Below are positions 32,536 through 59,348 of a stretch of 64,000 bases of DNA, one piece after another. Below the pieces are notes generated by a model. It did not search any database. It saw only the letters and a program-made list of their open reading frames with translations, and had not been told where the DNA came from. The stretch's first letter is position 1. Each line of letters begins with the position of its first letter. The position numbers were made by a program, and so were the translations under genes. This DNA comes from Chrysomallon squamiferum (Eukaryota; Animalia; Mollusca), in contig CM022673.1 in NCBI GenBank assembly GCA_012295275.1, forward strand, positions 682,001-746,000, read 5' to 3'.

Positions 32536-33840
32536 GGGTGAAAAAAAATCAGAAAAAGAGGGAAAGAAGAACAAGAAAGAGAGTTATGAAATATAAAAAA
32601 AATAATAGAAAATCTAAAAAAAAAAAAAAATGCGATTGAGAGATGAAAAGCTATATTGAAAATTGTTATTTTAATATAAATTGTATGCATATGTTGGTAT
32701 ACATTGGGGTAATTAATTAGTTAAGTGATAAAAGAAAGAACACATCACAGGGTTAGACTAATGCATAGATAGACAGACAGACAGATGGATGGATAGAAAA
32801 AAGGAGAATGCCTGGACAGAGGTGGACAGAGTGAGACACAGAGAGAAAGAAGGACACACAGAATTCAGTTATCCAGCCTCTTCACCAACACGTTGCTGCT
32901 CTTACGCATACTTACGTACTTGAAAAAGAGGAAACGATCAAAACAAGGCTTTTTAGAAAATTAGACGAAACAGGCTTTGTGCAAACGTAAACCTGTTCTC
33001 TTAATGGCCTGAGTATTGGAAAATCAATACATGTGGCCTGTTAACAAAACGAACTGTAATACCTAGAAAGATTTATTGTGTAACTGAATTTATGGTTAAC
33101 GTACTTAGAAAGATAATGATTGAGGAAGTATTTTATTTCCCTTTTTCTTACCTTTTTAAAATTACTACATCTTTTTTATTCCATATATATATATATATAT
33201 ATGTTGTAGAAACACAAAAGCTAAAGCTACAGGGACGCTTATAGATTTTAGAAAATACGAGACGTTATCAGTGTTATTAGCAGAGCTTTCAGAAAGGTAT
33301 ACTGCTGTCCATATGAACAGGAGCGCGATTTGCTTGTGGTTTAAACGCTTTTGTTCTGCCGAGTGTTTGTGTTATCAATAAATACATTTTAAAATTTAAA
33401 TATACAACACACACGCCATAAATGCAATACATATAATGATTTGTTGCGTATATGTTGTATATTTAAATTTTAATATCATAATTCAAAACATTTACGTATC
33501 AAAAGCTTATATCTAGTAATATTTCTTCTTCCTCGTTGAATGCTCAGACAGGGTCAGATTGTAAACCAGATTACCGTGTTAAGAATTAATATATGCTTGT
33601 AATGATAATCTCTTTCCTGATATCCCGAAATGAACGATTTATACTTAGCATGCGTGTATAGAAACACACGTGTCCGCAAAAATCTGTGTCATATTGGAAC
33701 ATACTACTTTGTAAATGATTTTATGTACATGTACATTTTCAGAGAATGGTTCCATGGTATATTTACTGGTATAAAAGTTTGATTAATTATCATCATTGTT
33801 TTGAATAGGTATAATATAATATGCACTGTATATGAAAAGG

Positions 33841-33890
<50 letters not shown>

Positions 33891-34217
33891 ATGTAAATGT
33901 GTATGTGTGTTAAAAATTATTTTATATTATTATCGGTATTTATTATGTACGTAACAAAATACAATTTTAAAATACTATATAACAATTCAAAAATTACTTC
34001 TTAACGGAAGTCTGATACATTTTCAACGGTATATATATATATATATATATATAAAAATCTGCCAAATCATAGGTATAATACATAATAAATTAAGGATCAG
34101 AGAAAAAAAAAAAAAATAATAAAATCAAAAAATTAATATGGATATGGAAATTAAAAATACAACAGCGCATGTTTGATCTCCGCCGATAAATATTCGATAT
34201 TAAGTTTCTGAAGATTG

Positions 34218-34248
<31 letters not shown>

Positions 34249-34388
34249 TTACACAATTTATTTACTTAATTTTTATTAATGGTATATTGCTTTTACATAA
34301 ACTTAATATTAAAATGAAAACTGATTACATTATAATCTAGCTCAGAAAAGAAACACACAAAATTCTCTATCACCAAGAACCAAAACTG

Positions 34389-34420
<32 letters not shown>

Positions 34421-34839
34421 AAGACAGTAATAAATAAATAGAATTGAACTGAACAGAATAGAAACGAAATTTAAAAAAAAATAAAACATAAAAAAAAAAA
34501 TTGAAAGAAGAGAAAACCCCACACGCGCATGAACATGTATACCCAGACAAACAAGCACACACGTGCACAATTACTTCACCACAAACACATTCACTCACAC
34601 AAACATGTACTCATATTGATTACGCAAACAATATTACACAACTATGATGCATACAATATTACACAACTATGACGCAGACAGTACTACAAAACTGTGACAC
34701 ATGCAGTATCCATAGCACGTTTTCTACACTACAACACGTACATCTTGCGTTTTTAATTTTTTTTGTCAGAACGGAATTCAACACCCAGAAATCAAATTGC
34801 TAGACCATTTCAAAGCAGATAAAACTTCAGTGTTTACGC

Positions 34840-34984
34840 GTAACCATGGAGACAATTGTAAGCTCTGCACCTAAAGCTAACTGCGAACGTCCATACCCCA
34901 GTCAAGAAATCTCAAATCGTAAATAACCTTTACGGGTACCGATATTACAATGCGCATGCGTGTCAGTTTATTGTTACCGTAAGC
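34840..34984 (+). promoter_or_regulatory. Candidate promoter: RFX X-box + NRF1 site + Inr, with short non-coding exon donor
   Basis: GTAACCATGGAGAC (34840-34853) fits the X-box consensus RTHNYYWTRRNRAC at all 14 positions. TGCGCATGCG (34951-34960) is an NRF1 site, TCAGTT (34963-34968) is an Inr, and the donor CC|GTAAGC at 34978/34979 can splice to the acceptor at 35296. Confidence 0.55.
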
Positions 34985-35329
34985 GCGGTTTGTTATAACA
35001 GTTTTTTGTATCCTGTTATGCACACTGCATGTGATATATAATATATTAGGTGTCACTGACTAAACTCTTGTCAAAAAACCCAACAACAACAAAAAAAAAA
35101 AAAAAAAAAAAAAAAGAAAGAAGTAAAAAACACTCAAAACAACAATAACATTCACAATAAAGTATTTAACACAGGAAAATAACAGGAATGGTTATTTAAC
35201 ATGAAAAGTTTGAAGAGGCATTTTCGAAGGAGCTCGCATTAAAGGACTGTAATTACATCTGTTCGTGTCTGAGTTTAATTAATACTGTTTATGCAGATCT
35301 GTGGATGACTTCGATTAGGCTTTGAGAAA

Positions 35330-49519
<14,190 letters not shown>

Positions 49520-50153
49520 CGTTTCAGGGCTGGTTAGATCGTCAACTGATGGTGCTATTATTTAAGGTAAAATACGGGTTACTGTTTAAACACTTTTAAT
49601 GGTTATAAATGGCTCATAAAATAGAAACTGAGGTTAAGTTATGTGGGTAATCATGCAGTTTAAGTCTATTTGTTGCCCTTACATTTTATTTATTTATTTA
49701 TTTTTTTGTTTAATTTTATTTTGTAAAGAAAAGTGATCCAAAAGTAAAAAAAAAAAAAAAAAAAATCCAGAACCAAATTGTGTAATTTTCCCAAAATAGA
49801 TTAGTGCTGCACACAAGACGTTTTGTATTTACACAGATTACAGAGATAACTAGATATGCTGGAACGGAAAAAGTTGATGCAGTTTTACGTGACCTTTCTA
49901 TGTTTCTATTAGTATTTTAAAAGAAACCGTAACAAAATAGAAAGTAATTACAATGGATAATCTAAACTGCAATTCGGCAAAAGTTTAAAACAAAATGATA
50001 ATTATAAAAAATTAAATGTTTATTAACGTCTTTTATTTAAATTTGGATGCATCGTTTTTCCTCTTTACATATTTAACTTTCTGGTTTATTCTTTTTAACG
50101 TATGTCTGTTTCTCATAATATCTCTTTCAGTATTCCCCAATTTTTTGCCCTTC

Positions 50154-50282
<129 letters not shown>

Positions 50283-51378
50283 AGAAGAAGATTCTAATGA
50301 TTTAAATGTATGTGTAATTCGATTTTTCAGAATGCATTGCTCAAGAGATGTATCCACTAATGGATTAGCCAGCTGAGGAAACGAATACTGGTTTACTATT
50401 TTCATATGCAGCAACAGAACGGGGGATGCAGTCAACATCTGAATATCATAATTAACTGAAGGTTCATTCTTAATTACATACACCTACGAGAAGTTTTAGT
50501 TTATTATGGAAAATATGGGTTTGTCCGAGTGTTTTAACCAACGAATAATCTATAGAACAATCTGCTATGTTAATGCAGCATTCACTTGTGTCTGCATTCT
50601 CAATGAGCAGAACGCAAAAACCAATGCACATACATAAAACATTCTGTTGATCATATTTCAGCACGTAATTTGAATTTGTTTATTATCAAGAGACGCTATT
50701 CTTTTCTACAGAGATGACGGCTTGGTTATTTATTGAACATTTTCATAACGAAGGGACACGTTTGGTCATAACGATGTACATAACTTTCTGGTCTTTTTGG
50801 GGTTATTCTATTTATTTGTATATGTTTCGCTGTGTGTTGGCAACATATTCTTTATCTTATTTTAGGCGTCAGAACTTTTTTGTCTTTCGTTGTAAATAAA
50901 TAATTTATTATTATCATTATCACCTACATCCATTTCGTTTCATTATTCACTGAGATGAACGTTTGTCATGTTTTATGTATTAGAATGTATAGCTTTGTTT
51001 TCTATGCTAGAAATATTTATTTATACACTTTGCAAGCAAACACTGGGTGTGGAGTCTTAGTTTGAACTTTTAGAATTATTACTTAGTGGATTTATTTATT
51101 TTTAATCAGTTCAAAAATATTGTAAATAATGTCGGAGATTCAACTCATTAAGGTAGTATATATATATGTTGATAGATAGATACAAAGATACATACATGCA
51201 TATATACAAGCATACATACATTCATACATACATGCACGTATAATTATAGAACCGATGCAGTATATAAGGAGACCAAACTCCAGAATCAAGCGTTCATTTC
51301 AGGGGAGGTAAACGCTTTTGTGTATATATATGTCTGTGTGGATGTGTTTGTGAGTGTGTGTGTATATATGTGTGTGTA

Positions 51379-51418
<40 letters not shown>

Positions 51419-51651
51419 ACGGATGTATTTCTCTTTCTCCTCCTAATCAACGAATAGACAGTTAGACATGGTTTACATGAGATGACGCACAGTTCAGTCT
51501 AAGTCGAGCAAACAGTGACCTTACACTCACGTCAACTCAACTCGACTGAAGCTTGCATTCGTATAATTCAACAGGCAAACTAATTACACAGCTGAAAAAG
51601 CTGAGCTTGTTATAAGTAAATCCACAAAAATGAATCACTGGTTTCTAAGGT

Positions 51652-51812
<161 letters not shown>

Positions 51813-53245
51813 ATCTGCTTTACAATGAATTTCACAGGAAAAACTTTTAGCTATGTAATTTGTGCTAATTCCTTGATTCTAATTAATTTTGCAACAGGCC
51901 TATAAAATATCGAAAATAAAATTAAGTCACTCATTACGTTAAAACGATTATAAATCAAGAAAATGTCATGTGCAGTTTATATTACACGTTGTTTGTTTTA
52001 TAAAGCTAATGTTTAAACGATCGTGGTACTACTGTAGATCTAAATTTTTTATTTTCATATGTGCAAATAGTCTACACTTAGTTGGTGTTTAGGACACAAA
52101 TTCTCTATCTGACACAACCTTTATATTATTGCATTTCCATGACTGAAAATAGTGTATTATATATATATTAAAAAATTAAAAATTTGTTTTTTAGAAAACA
52201 TTTCTACTATTTATAGGTTATTTATTTTTAGAATTTATGCTTAAAATATAATTTTAAAAATTGATTTTGTCAAATTTATGTTTTAAATATAATTTTAAAA
52301 ATTTATTTTCTCAAATTTATCTTTTAAGCTAGAAAAAAAAAAAAAAAAAAGAAGAAGAAGAAATTCAAAGCATATGCAGAAACCTAAGTGACTGAATAAC
52401 AATACAAAACCTCAATATAAATTTAACGGATCAGTGATCATTGAATGTTTAAAAACCGCTGTTTCACACGATCTAACGTTCACATCTGTTCTTCTAGCCT
52501 TTCATGCTCAGTTAAAAAGAAAGAAAGACATAATGCTATCTCTCGATATGAACTGTTGCAAGATGAAATCCTTTTATTTCATTAGTTTTATGGTTTCAAG
52601 ATTAGATCTAATAAGTGATGGCTTAAAAGATAAATTTAGACAAGACCGCACAGCAAAGCTAAAGATTTTTCAGAAGTCCCATTTACGTTTACTCGCAGAA
52701 TATCTGTTTGTATTGCTTGTACGTATATACATATATTAAAGGAAGATTTAAAGCAAACAGAGATATTTTTGTTATTAGTTTACTAATATACAGCTTCCTT
52801 CATTTTATAAAGATTATGCATTAAATTTTTCAAATGCACATTTATGCATACACAAATATAATACATACAAATGCACATAAACACATTCACATATTCATAC
52901 ATACATGCTATGTATATGTAGCTATTTAGACCAGAGAACAATGATAAACTGTACGATGTTTAACCACTAAATTAAACAAATTACATACGACTTTCTTGTG
53001 TAGACCAGAGATAAGCCCAAGCAAAATATCTCAAGAAGGTGTTATCTCCCTTTATAGCCAATAAACTAATAATGTAATAGATTTTATTTTTGAGGGAGAA
53101 TTTTTGTCCATCTTATTATTATTATTATTTTTTATTAACATTTTATAGTTTTTAATATATATTTTATAATTAATTTTGCTGTAATTAGTTTTGAACAGTC
53201 CGCAAAGTATCAGGTCTATTTATGTTATGTTCATTTCTAGTAAAT

Positions 53246-53249
<4 letters not shown>

Positions 53250-53276
<27 letters not shown>

Positions 53277-53287
53277 ATAATAATATA

Positions 53288-53367
<80 letters not shown>

Positions 53368-53478
53368 TAATGATGATGATGATAATAATAATAACAACAA
53401 CAAGTTCGATTATTACTACTGCTACAAAAGTAACAGTAACAATAAGAATGACATACAAACGTACGTACGTATATACAT

Positions 53479-53523
<45 letters not shown>
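53250..53523. repeat. Compound (TA)n/(AAT)n microsatellite
   Basis: Direct observation. Confidence 0.93.
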
Positions 53524-53529
<6 letters not shown>

Positions 53530-54336
53530 AATTAATTAATTAATTAATAAACAAAACAAATAAAATACTATTTGTATAAAATTATTATGAATTTTCAAAA
53601 AATAAATAAATATCTGAAGACAATTCATAATAATGTTATACAAATGTTTGTTTTGTGTATATGTATGTATATATGTATGTATACACAAATGCATTTATTT
53701 GATAAAAATTAAGAATTTTCTCATTAATTTTTTGATATAATACTGCTCCAGTTAAAATGTCATACAGCTGACAAAAGTGAGGGCGTGAATTTGTACCATA
53801 AAAAGTTTTAAATATTTTCTAAAGTTTGCTTTTTACATTTTCCTGGCAACAGCGGTTTAAAACTGTAATCTTGACGAACAGCGGAAACAACATAATCTGA
53901 TCAGCTTCACTTGAACCGCGGAAGATACATTCTCAGATTTGCAAGAATTTGTAAGAAAAACGATGTCCATTAAAACCTATTTTTTAACGTTACAACGTGT
54001 TTTGCTGATAAGAATAACACTAGTAGGTGATGGTGGTGCTGATGATGATGATAGTGATGATTATGGTATTAATAATAATAATAATAATAATAGTAAAAAA
54101 TAAAGACGGTAATAAGGACATAAATAAATAAATAAATAAATAATAATAATAATAGTAGTAGTAGTAGTAGTAGTAACTGTAGTAGTAGTAGTAATGGTAG
54201 TAGTAAAGGTTGTGGTAGTGGTTGAAGTATTAAATAAATAATAAAAATTAATAATAACAACAACAGCAGCAACAACAACAGCGACAATAACAAATAAAAA
54301 GCTAATACTAATGAAAATAAACTAAATAAGAAAAAA

Positions 54337-54640
54337 GACTGATGACTTCAAAATACTAAAAATGAAAATACGTGTGTGAATACAGAAAAGTGACAGACAA
54401 CTCTTGTGAATACTAAATTTTCAAAACGTGTGTGAATACTAAATTGACTGATGACATCAAAGTACGTGTGTGAATACTAAATAAGAAATACGTGACTGAT
54501 GACATCAAAGTACGTGTGTGAATACTAAATATGAAATCGTGATCAAAGTACGTGTGTGAATACTAAATGAGAAATACGTGACTGATGACTTCAAAGTATG
54601 TGTGTGAATACAGCAGACACAAAGAACAGACAACTCTTGT
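54337..54640. repeat. Degenerate minisatellite, ~48-bp unit (TGACTGATGACATCAAAGTACGTGTGTGAATACTAAATAAGAAATACG)
   Basis: About 6 full or partial shuffled copies. CAGACAACTCTTGT is repeated at ~54394 and ~54627. Confidence 0.85.
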
Positions 54641-56022
54641 TTTTAAAATTTAATATACGTCTGCGTGTAAATCGTGATCAGCAAAACGTTTGTATCTCAC
54701 ACTTTGAGATTTCAATCATAATTTATGACTGTCTTCGTTTTTGCGCTTCTTTTCCTTCTTCGTTTGCCTGAAAGTAGAAAGAGAAGATGTTTTAAAGCAG
54801 AGAAGATACTTAAAAATGGTCTTCGTGTTTTCTGTATACCTTTGCCTTAATGCTGTAGTCTAAATTCGTACAGTGAAATCAATGGTAATCCCAGTACATT
54901 TTGCACTGTTCCAAATTACAGTTTCATTTATTTTTTTATAATTTTTATTTTTATTTTTTGGAAAGAATAGTACTGTTTCTATATATGCAGATTATTATAG
55001 TATTAGATTCTGGGGTTTATGTGTTACAATAAGCACAGACAGCAAAAATATTAGTTCTTATCTTCCAAATTTTTGTTTTAATTACAATGGCGTCCGTACA
55101 TTGTTAATAATAAAGTAACAAAGACATTTTCTTTTTTTGTCATGACCTCACTTAGTAAAAAACCCCAATTGTTAATTATATTTAAATCATAATCTTACTA
55201 AATTATACATGTATATATAAAGAATTGCGCATCCTCAGTCTGTCAGGAATTTTTCTGCATGATTTAGTAAACAATAGAAATTGTTAGTGTTCTAGTAACC
55301 TGACAAGATGATGATATAGTTCATACTTATTTATTTATTGATATAAATTTCATTAATTACTTGTTCTACTACGATTACATTATGCCACTTAATATACATG
55401 TGTGTGAGTGTGCGTGCGTGTCTGTGTGTGTAATGCATCATACAAAAGTTTAACAAGTTACATAATCGTTAATACATGCATTACCACAGAGTATCTAAAG
55501 AACTGAAAATAATCGCAGCAGTTATATCTGTATTAAGTATGTTTGGTTCAGTGTTTTTCTAAAACTATTTTAAAATGAAAATTGTTTATCTATTTATTAT
55601 CACGTACGGCAAAACAATTATAAAATTTGTCGTAGAATCCTACACTTCAGTTGTTATTGACTAATCGCCATCGATTTAACGTCAACACATTTGAATTTCC
55701 CAAGGTACCAGTGTTTTCAGGACGCAGGGGAAAAAAAAAAAAAAAACATTTAAGAAAAATTAAAAATTTACGCTTGGAGAAATTGCGTTTAATATAATTT
55801 GAACAGATAATTTGCCTAGGGCAGAAAAAAAAAAAAAAATTTCATATAATTTTTTTAATAAACTTTTCTTTAAGAAAGAAATAACAGCAAAAAGATCAGT
55901 TAAAAAAAAAAAATAATAAAAAAAAGTACATTTATTTTTTTAATTATTTATTTTGTTTTTAGTTTTAGCAATAATTTAAATCTGACTGATTTCAAAAATA
56001 ATTTTTAACATGAGAAATAAAG

Positions 56023-56288
56023 TTTAAAAACTTCTGTACAGGTGGGTGATGTGAGTGTTATTTATGACACAAGTAAGAAAAGCAGAGGATTTTAAATCGT
56101 TTTTGTTACAGTATATGCATTTTTAATACCTCTCATCCAAACCACCACCATAAATATTAAACATTAACAAATTATGTTTAATATCTGAAAACGAAAGAAC
56201 TTTTTTTAAATTCAGAAAAACAAAAGTAATTTCATACAATCATTATGCCAACTGCACAGTAAATACTGAAACGATTTTTAAAATAACA

Positions 56289-56337
<49 letters not shown>

Positions 56338-56481
56338 TGTTTTACACTATAATCTGACACTGACCTTAGTAAGGATTTCATCAATCACACTTAAAATTTA
56401 CAAAGGGTAACCAGACATGCAAACACAGTGATGATGGAATAATTATTATTATTTTGTTTTACTTTCTAAGATAATGTAAAC
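56023..56481 (-). repeat. Inverted dispersed duplication, copy B (partner at 14343-14736), interrupted by (AC)n at ~56290-56335
   Basis: See copy A. For example, CTTCTGTACAGGTGGGTGATGTGAG…CCTCTCATCCAAACCACCACCATAAAT is the reverse complement of the NAP1 intron sequence. Confidence 0.93.
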
Positions 56482-56652
56482 CTAAATAAATAAAATAAAA
56501 ACAAACACACATATTAACACACACACTCAAACATTCATATACAGATGTGCACATTAATGCTATTTTTCTGAAATCTGCCCCTTCTGTTCATTCATGATTC
56601 TTACACTAAGTGAGTGATTACAGCTTGTTTCTACAAACACACTGTATACAAC

Positions 56653-56746
56653 GGACGAGGCTTTAGCTCAGTGTTTTGTACTCGCTAACTTGGTGTTAGG
56701 TGTGCTGGGTCTCTGGATCAATCACCCTGGGGCTATTTCCTGTCTC
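56653..56746 (+). mobile_element. Degenerate tRNA-derived SINE head
   Basis: A-box-like TAGCTCAGTG, then CTCGCT…GGATCAATCACC…GGGCTATTTCC; the end overlaps the start of the SINE body seen at 61813. Confidence 0.45.
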
Positions 56747-58689
56747 TTGCGTTTTCAAAGGTTTTTATAATCATCTGTTTTCCTGACAGGAAGATTCCTG
56801 TTTGTTTTTATAAGCGTTCGTTTAAATTTCACAGGTTTTCCTTGACGTTTTATTCGTCAGTTCTTTCATTCATTCGATATAATTTCATTCACTATTAATT
56901 ATTTCAGTATACAATCAGTATTCATTCATTCATACAGTGTTAATAAATTTATTCAAAAACTCTCACTGATTCGTTCAATATTCTTTCATACAGTATTAAT
57001 TAATTGATTCATTTAATAGTTACTCATTCGTTTATTCATTACACTCTGTTCATTCGTTGATTCATTGTTTGTATAATTATGACGGGAACTTTCTGTAAAT
57101 TGTAAATCTGAGAAAAAAAAAACCTTCAAAAGAACGGGATAAAGATGCGATAACGGAAAAAGAAGAAGAAAACAAGTGAATTATCTGAAACATATTCATG
57201 TGAAAATGCTTCAGCCTGGAATTCAAGCCACCGTGCGATGCTAATCCAATATAAAGTTATTAACATGCTCAGTTTCACCTCTATTAATATCAATAAACTA
57301 ATAAGTTTTGGTGATGAGAGAGGGACTTGTGCAGGTTAAGTCCAATATCCTGAATGTTGTAAAACTACAATAGGTCTCACACATTTTTATATATGAATAG
57401 TTGTTTAGAATGCACACTTCCGGAGGTTGTTATGGAAAATAGTCAAGATGTTCTGATATTTTTTTGTTTGTTTATGGAATCAGTGATTGGAAAATAAAAT
57501 AATTACTGTTTGCAGTCAAATAATAGAGCTTTATGTCCGAACCATTATGTTGAATAATGCCTGATCAGTTTATATTTTGTTGTTGTTGTGAGGACAGAAA
57601 ATACTTGTCCTTTGATTTACTTTCTGTGAATTATCATCGTCTAACCATCAATATCTGTGCATCATCCTTTTTCATCTATTCCCATGTATGTTATTCTTTG
57701 CAAATAATAAAGTATAATTATAAAAATCTGATGTATTGTTTGTATATTTATCATCTATTCATCTTTTCATCAGTCAGTCTTTCCTTCTTTCACTGATATT
57801 GTTTTTCGTATCTTCCTTCCATCTTTCAATATTAGTGTGTATACATTCAAATTTATATAACCAAACAAGTGACAAATCAGAACGAACTATCCTGTTTATA
57901 ATATTTTTGAATCTCAGTAACAAGCGTCTGACATCTTGAAAAATATCTCAGTGAAAAAAAAAAAGAAGAAGAGTATAGCAGATTATACAGAAATCTAATT
58001 TTTAAAATGACAAACGCTGGATTGAAACTGTTTATACTGAGTGTTTAGCACGATACTTTCTCAGACGTTAGATCGAGATGTGTCATCAAGTTTCAGTGCT
58101 CAGTGACAGCGGGCTAGGATTTAGCGACCACTTTAGCGAGAAAAGTAGGCAGAGGAGAAAAAACAACAACACCGGATCAAATTGGTAACGAATCTGCTGT
58201 TATGCACGTCATAGCTACAACCCAACGACATTGTTTTTCACGACGCCACACTCTACAACATCCCTCAGGCTTACACTTCGTGTCAGTCAAGTATTTTATC
58301 ACTTAAGCCAATTGGTTCGCTTTCAGCGGATTCGGTACGTAGTGTTTTTTCTCAAGACTTTATTTTTCTTTAACAAAAGAAACGAGCTAACTGTTAGTGA
58401 GTATACAGTTTTACAGTCATTTCACTGAACAAATAAGAAAATTGTGAACAAAGTTTCGATCACAGAAAAAAAAAGACTGAAAAATAAACAGAGACGGCCA
58501 TGAACTATTAAGAAAATCCCTTTGTACTTTTGTGCATTCGTAAGCTAGAGTGTATGTTAACTGACACTAGGCAGCTAAATATAAAATTCTCTACCACTGG
58601 ACAAACATCGTTATGTGTGAAGAAAACCATTTATACATCAGCATACAGGAAACCTGTTTACTTTTTTAAATTTTTTTTCTTTTCTTTGA

Positions 58690-58996
58690 GTGTGCGTGTG
58701 TGTGCATATGTGTTTGTGTGTATATGTATGTATGTATGTGTGTGTATGTATGTATGTATGTGTGTATGTATGTGTGTGTGTATTATGTATGTGTGTTTGT
58801 GTATGTATGTATGTATGTATGTGTGTATGTGTATGTGTGTGTATGTGTATGTATGTATGTGTGTATGTGTGTATGTGTGTATGTATGTGTTGATGTGTGT
58901 GTATGTATGTGTGTATGTTTGTATGTATGTGTGTGTATGTATGTATGTGTGTGTGTATGTATGTATGTATGTGTGTGTGTGTGTGTATGTGTGTGT
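58690..58996. repeat. Imperfect (TG)n/(TATG)n microsatellite
   Basis: Direct observation. Confidence 0.93.
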
Positions 58997-59348
58997 TTTT
59001 TCCTTTTAATTTCATCTCACTATGAACTTCTTGGTGACAGTTGCCTGACTATTATACTTAAAGTAGCAGGTTTGAAAAATGCACCAGGCGTTGTGTTTAA
59101 AAGTATCTGATTTAACCGTCATTAAAGGCGCAGACTCTCTTTATTATTTGGCGTTAAGTGATACACAGACGTAAACAGTTATTTTCACACAACATTCCAT
59201 GTGTGCATGAAGAAGCAAGTACTTGCGCATAATCAGACCTAAAACTGTCTAATAAATGCAGTTAAACGAAACACACACACACATCTACTACATACATACA
59301 TATACACATAAACATGCACATGTCTTTCTACGAATATATACCTCAACC

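Noticed and set aside
54337-54640. Repeat array considered as CRISPR-like
   Set aside because: Eukaryotic context, no unique spacers, irregular units and no cas genes.
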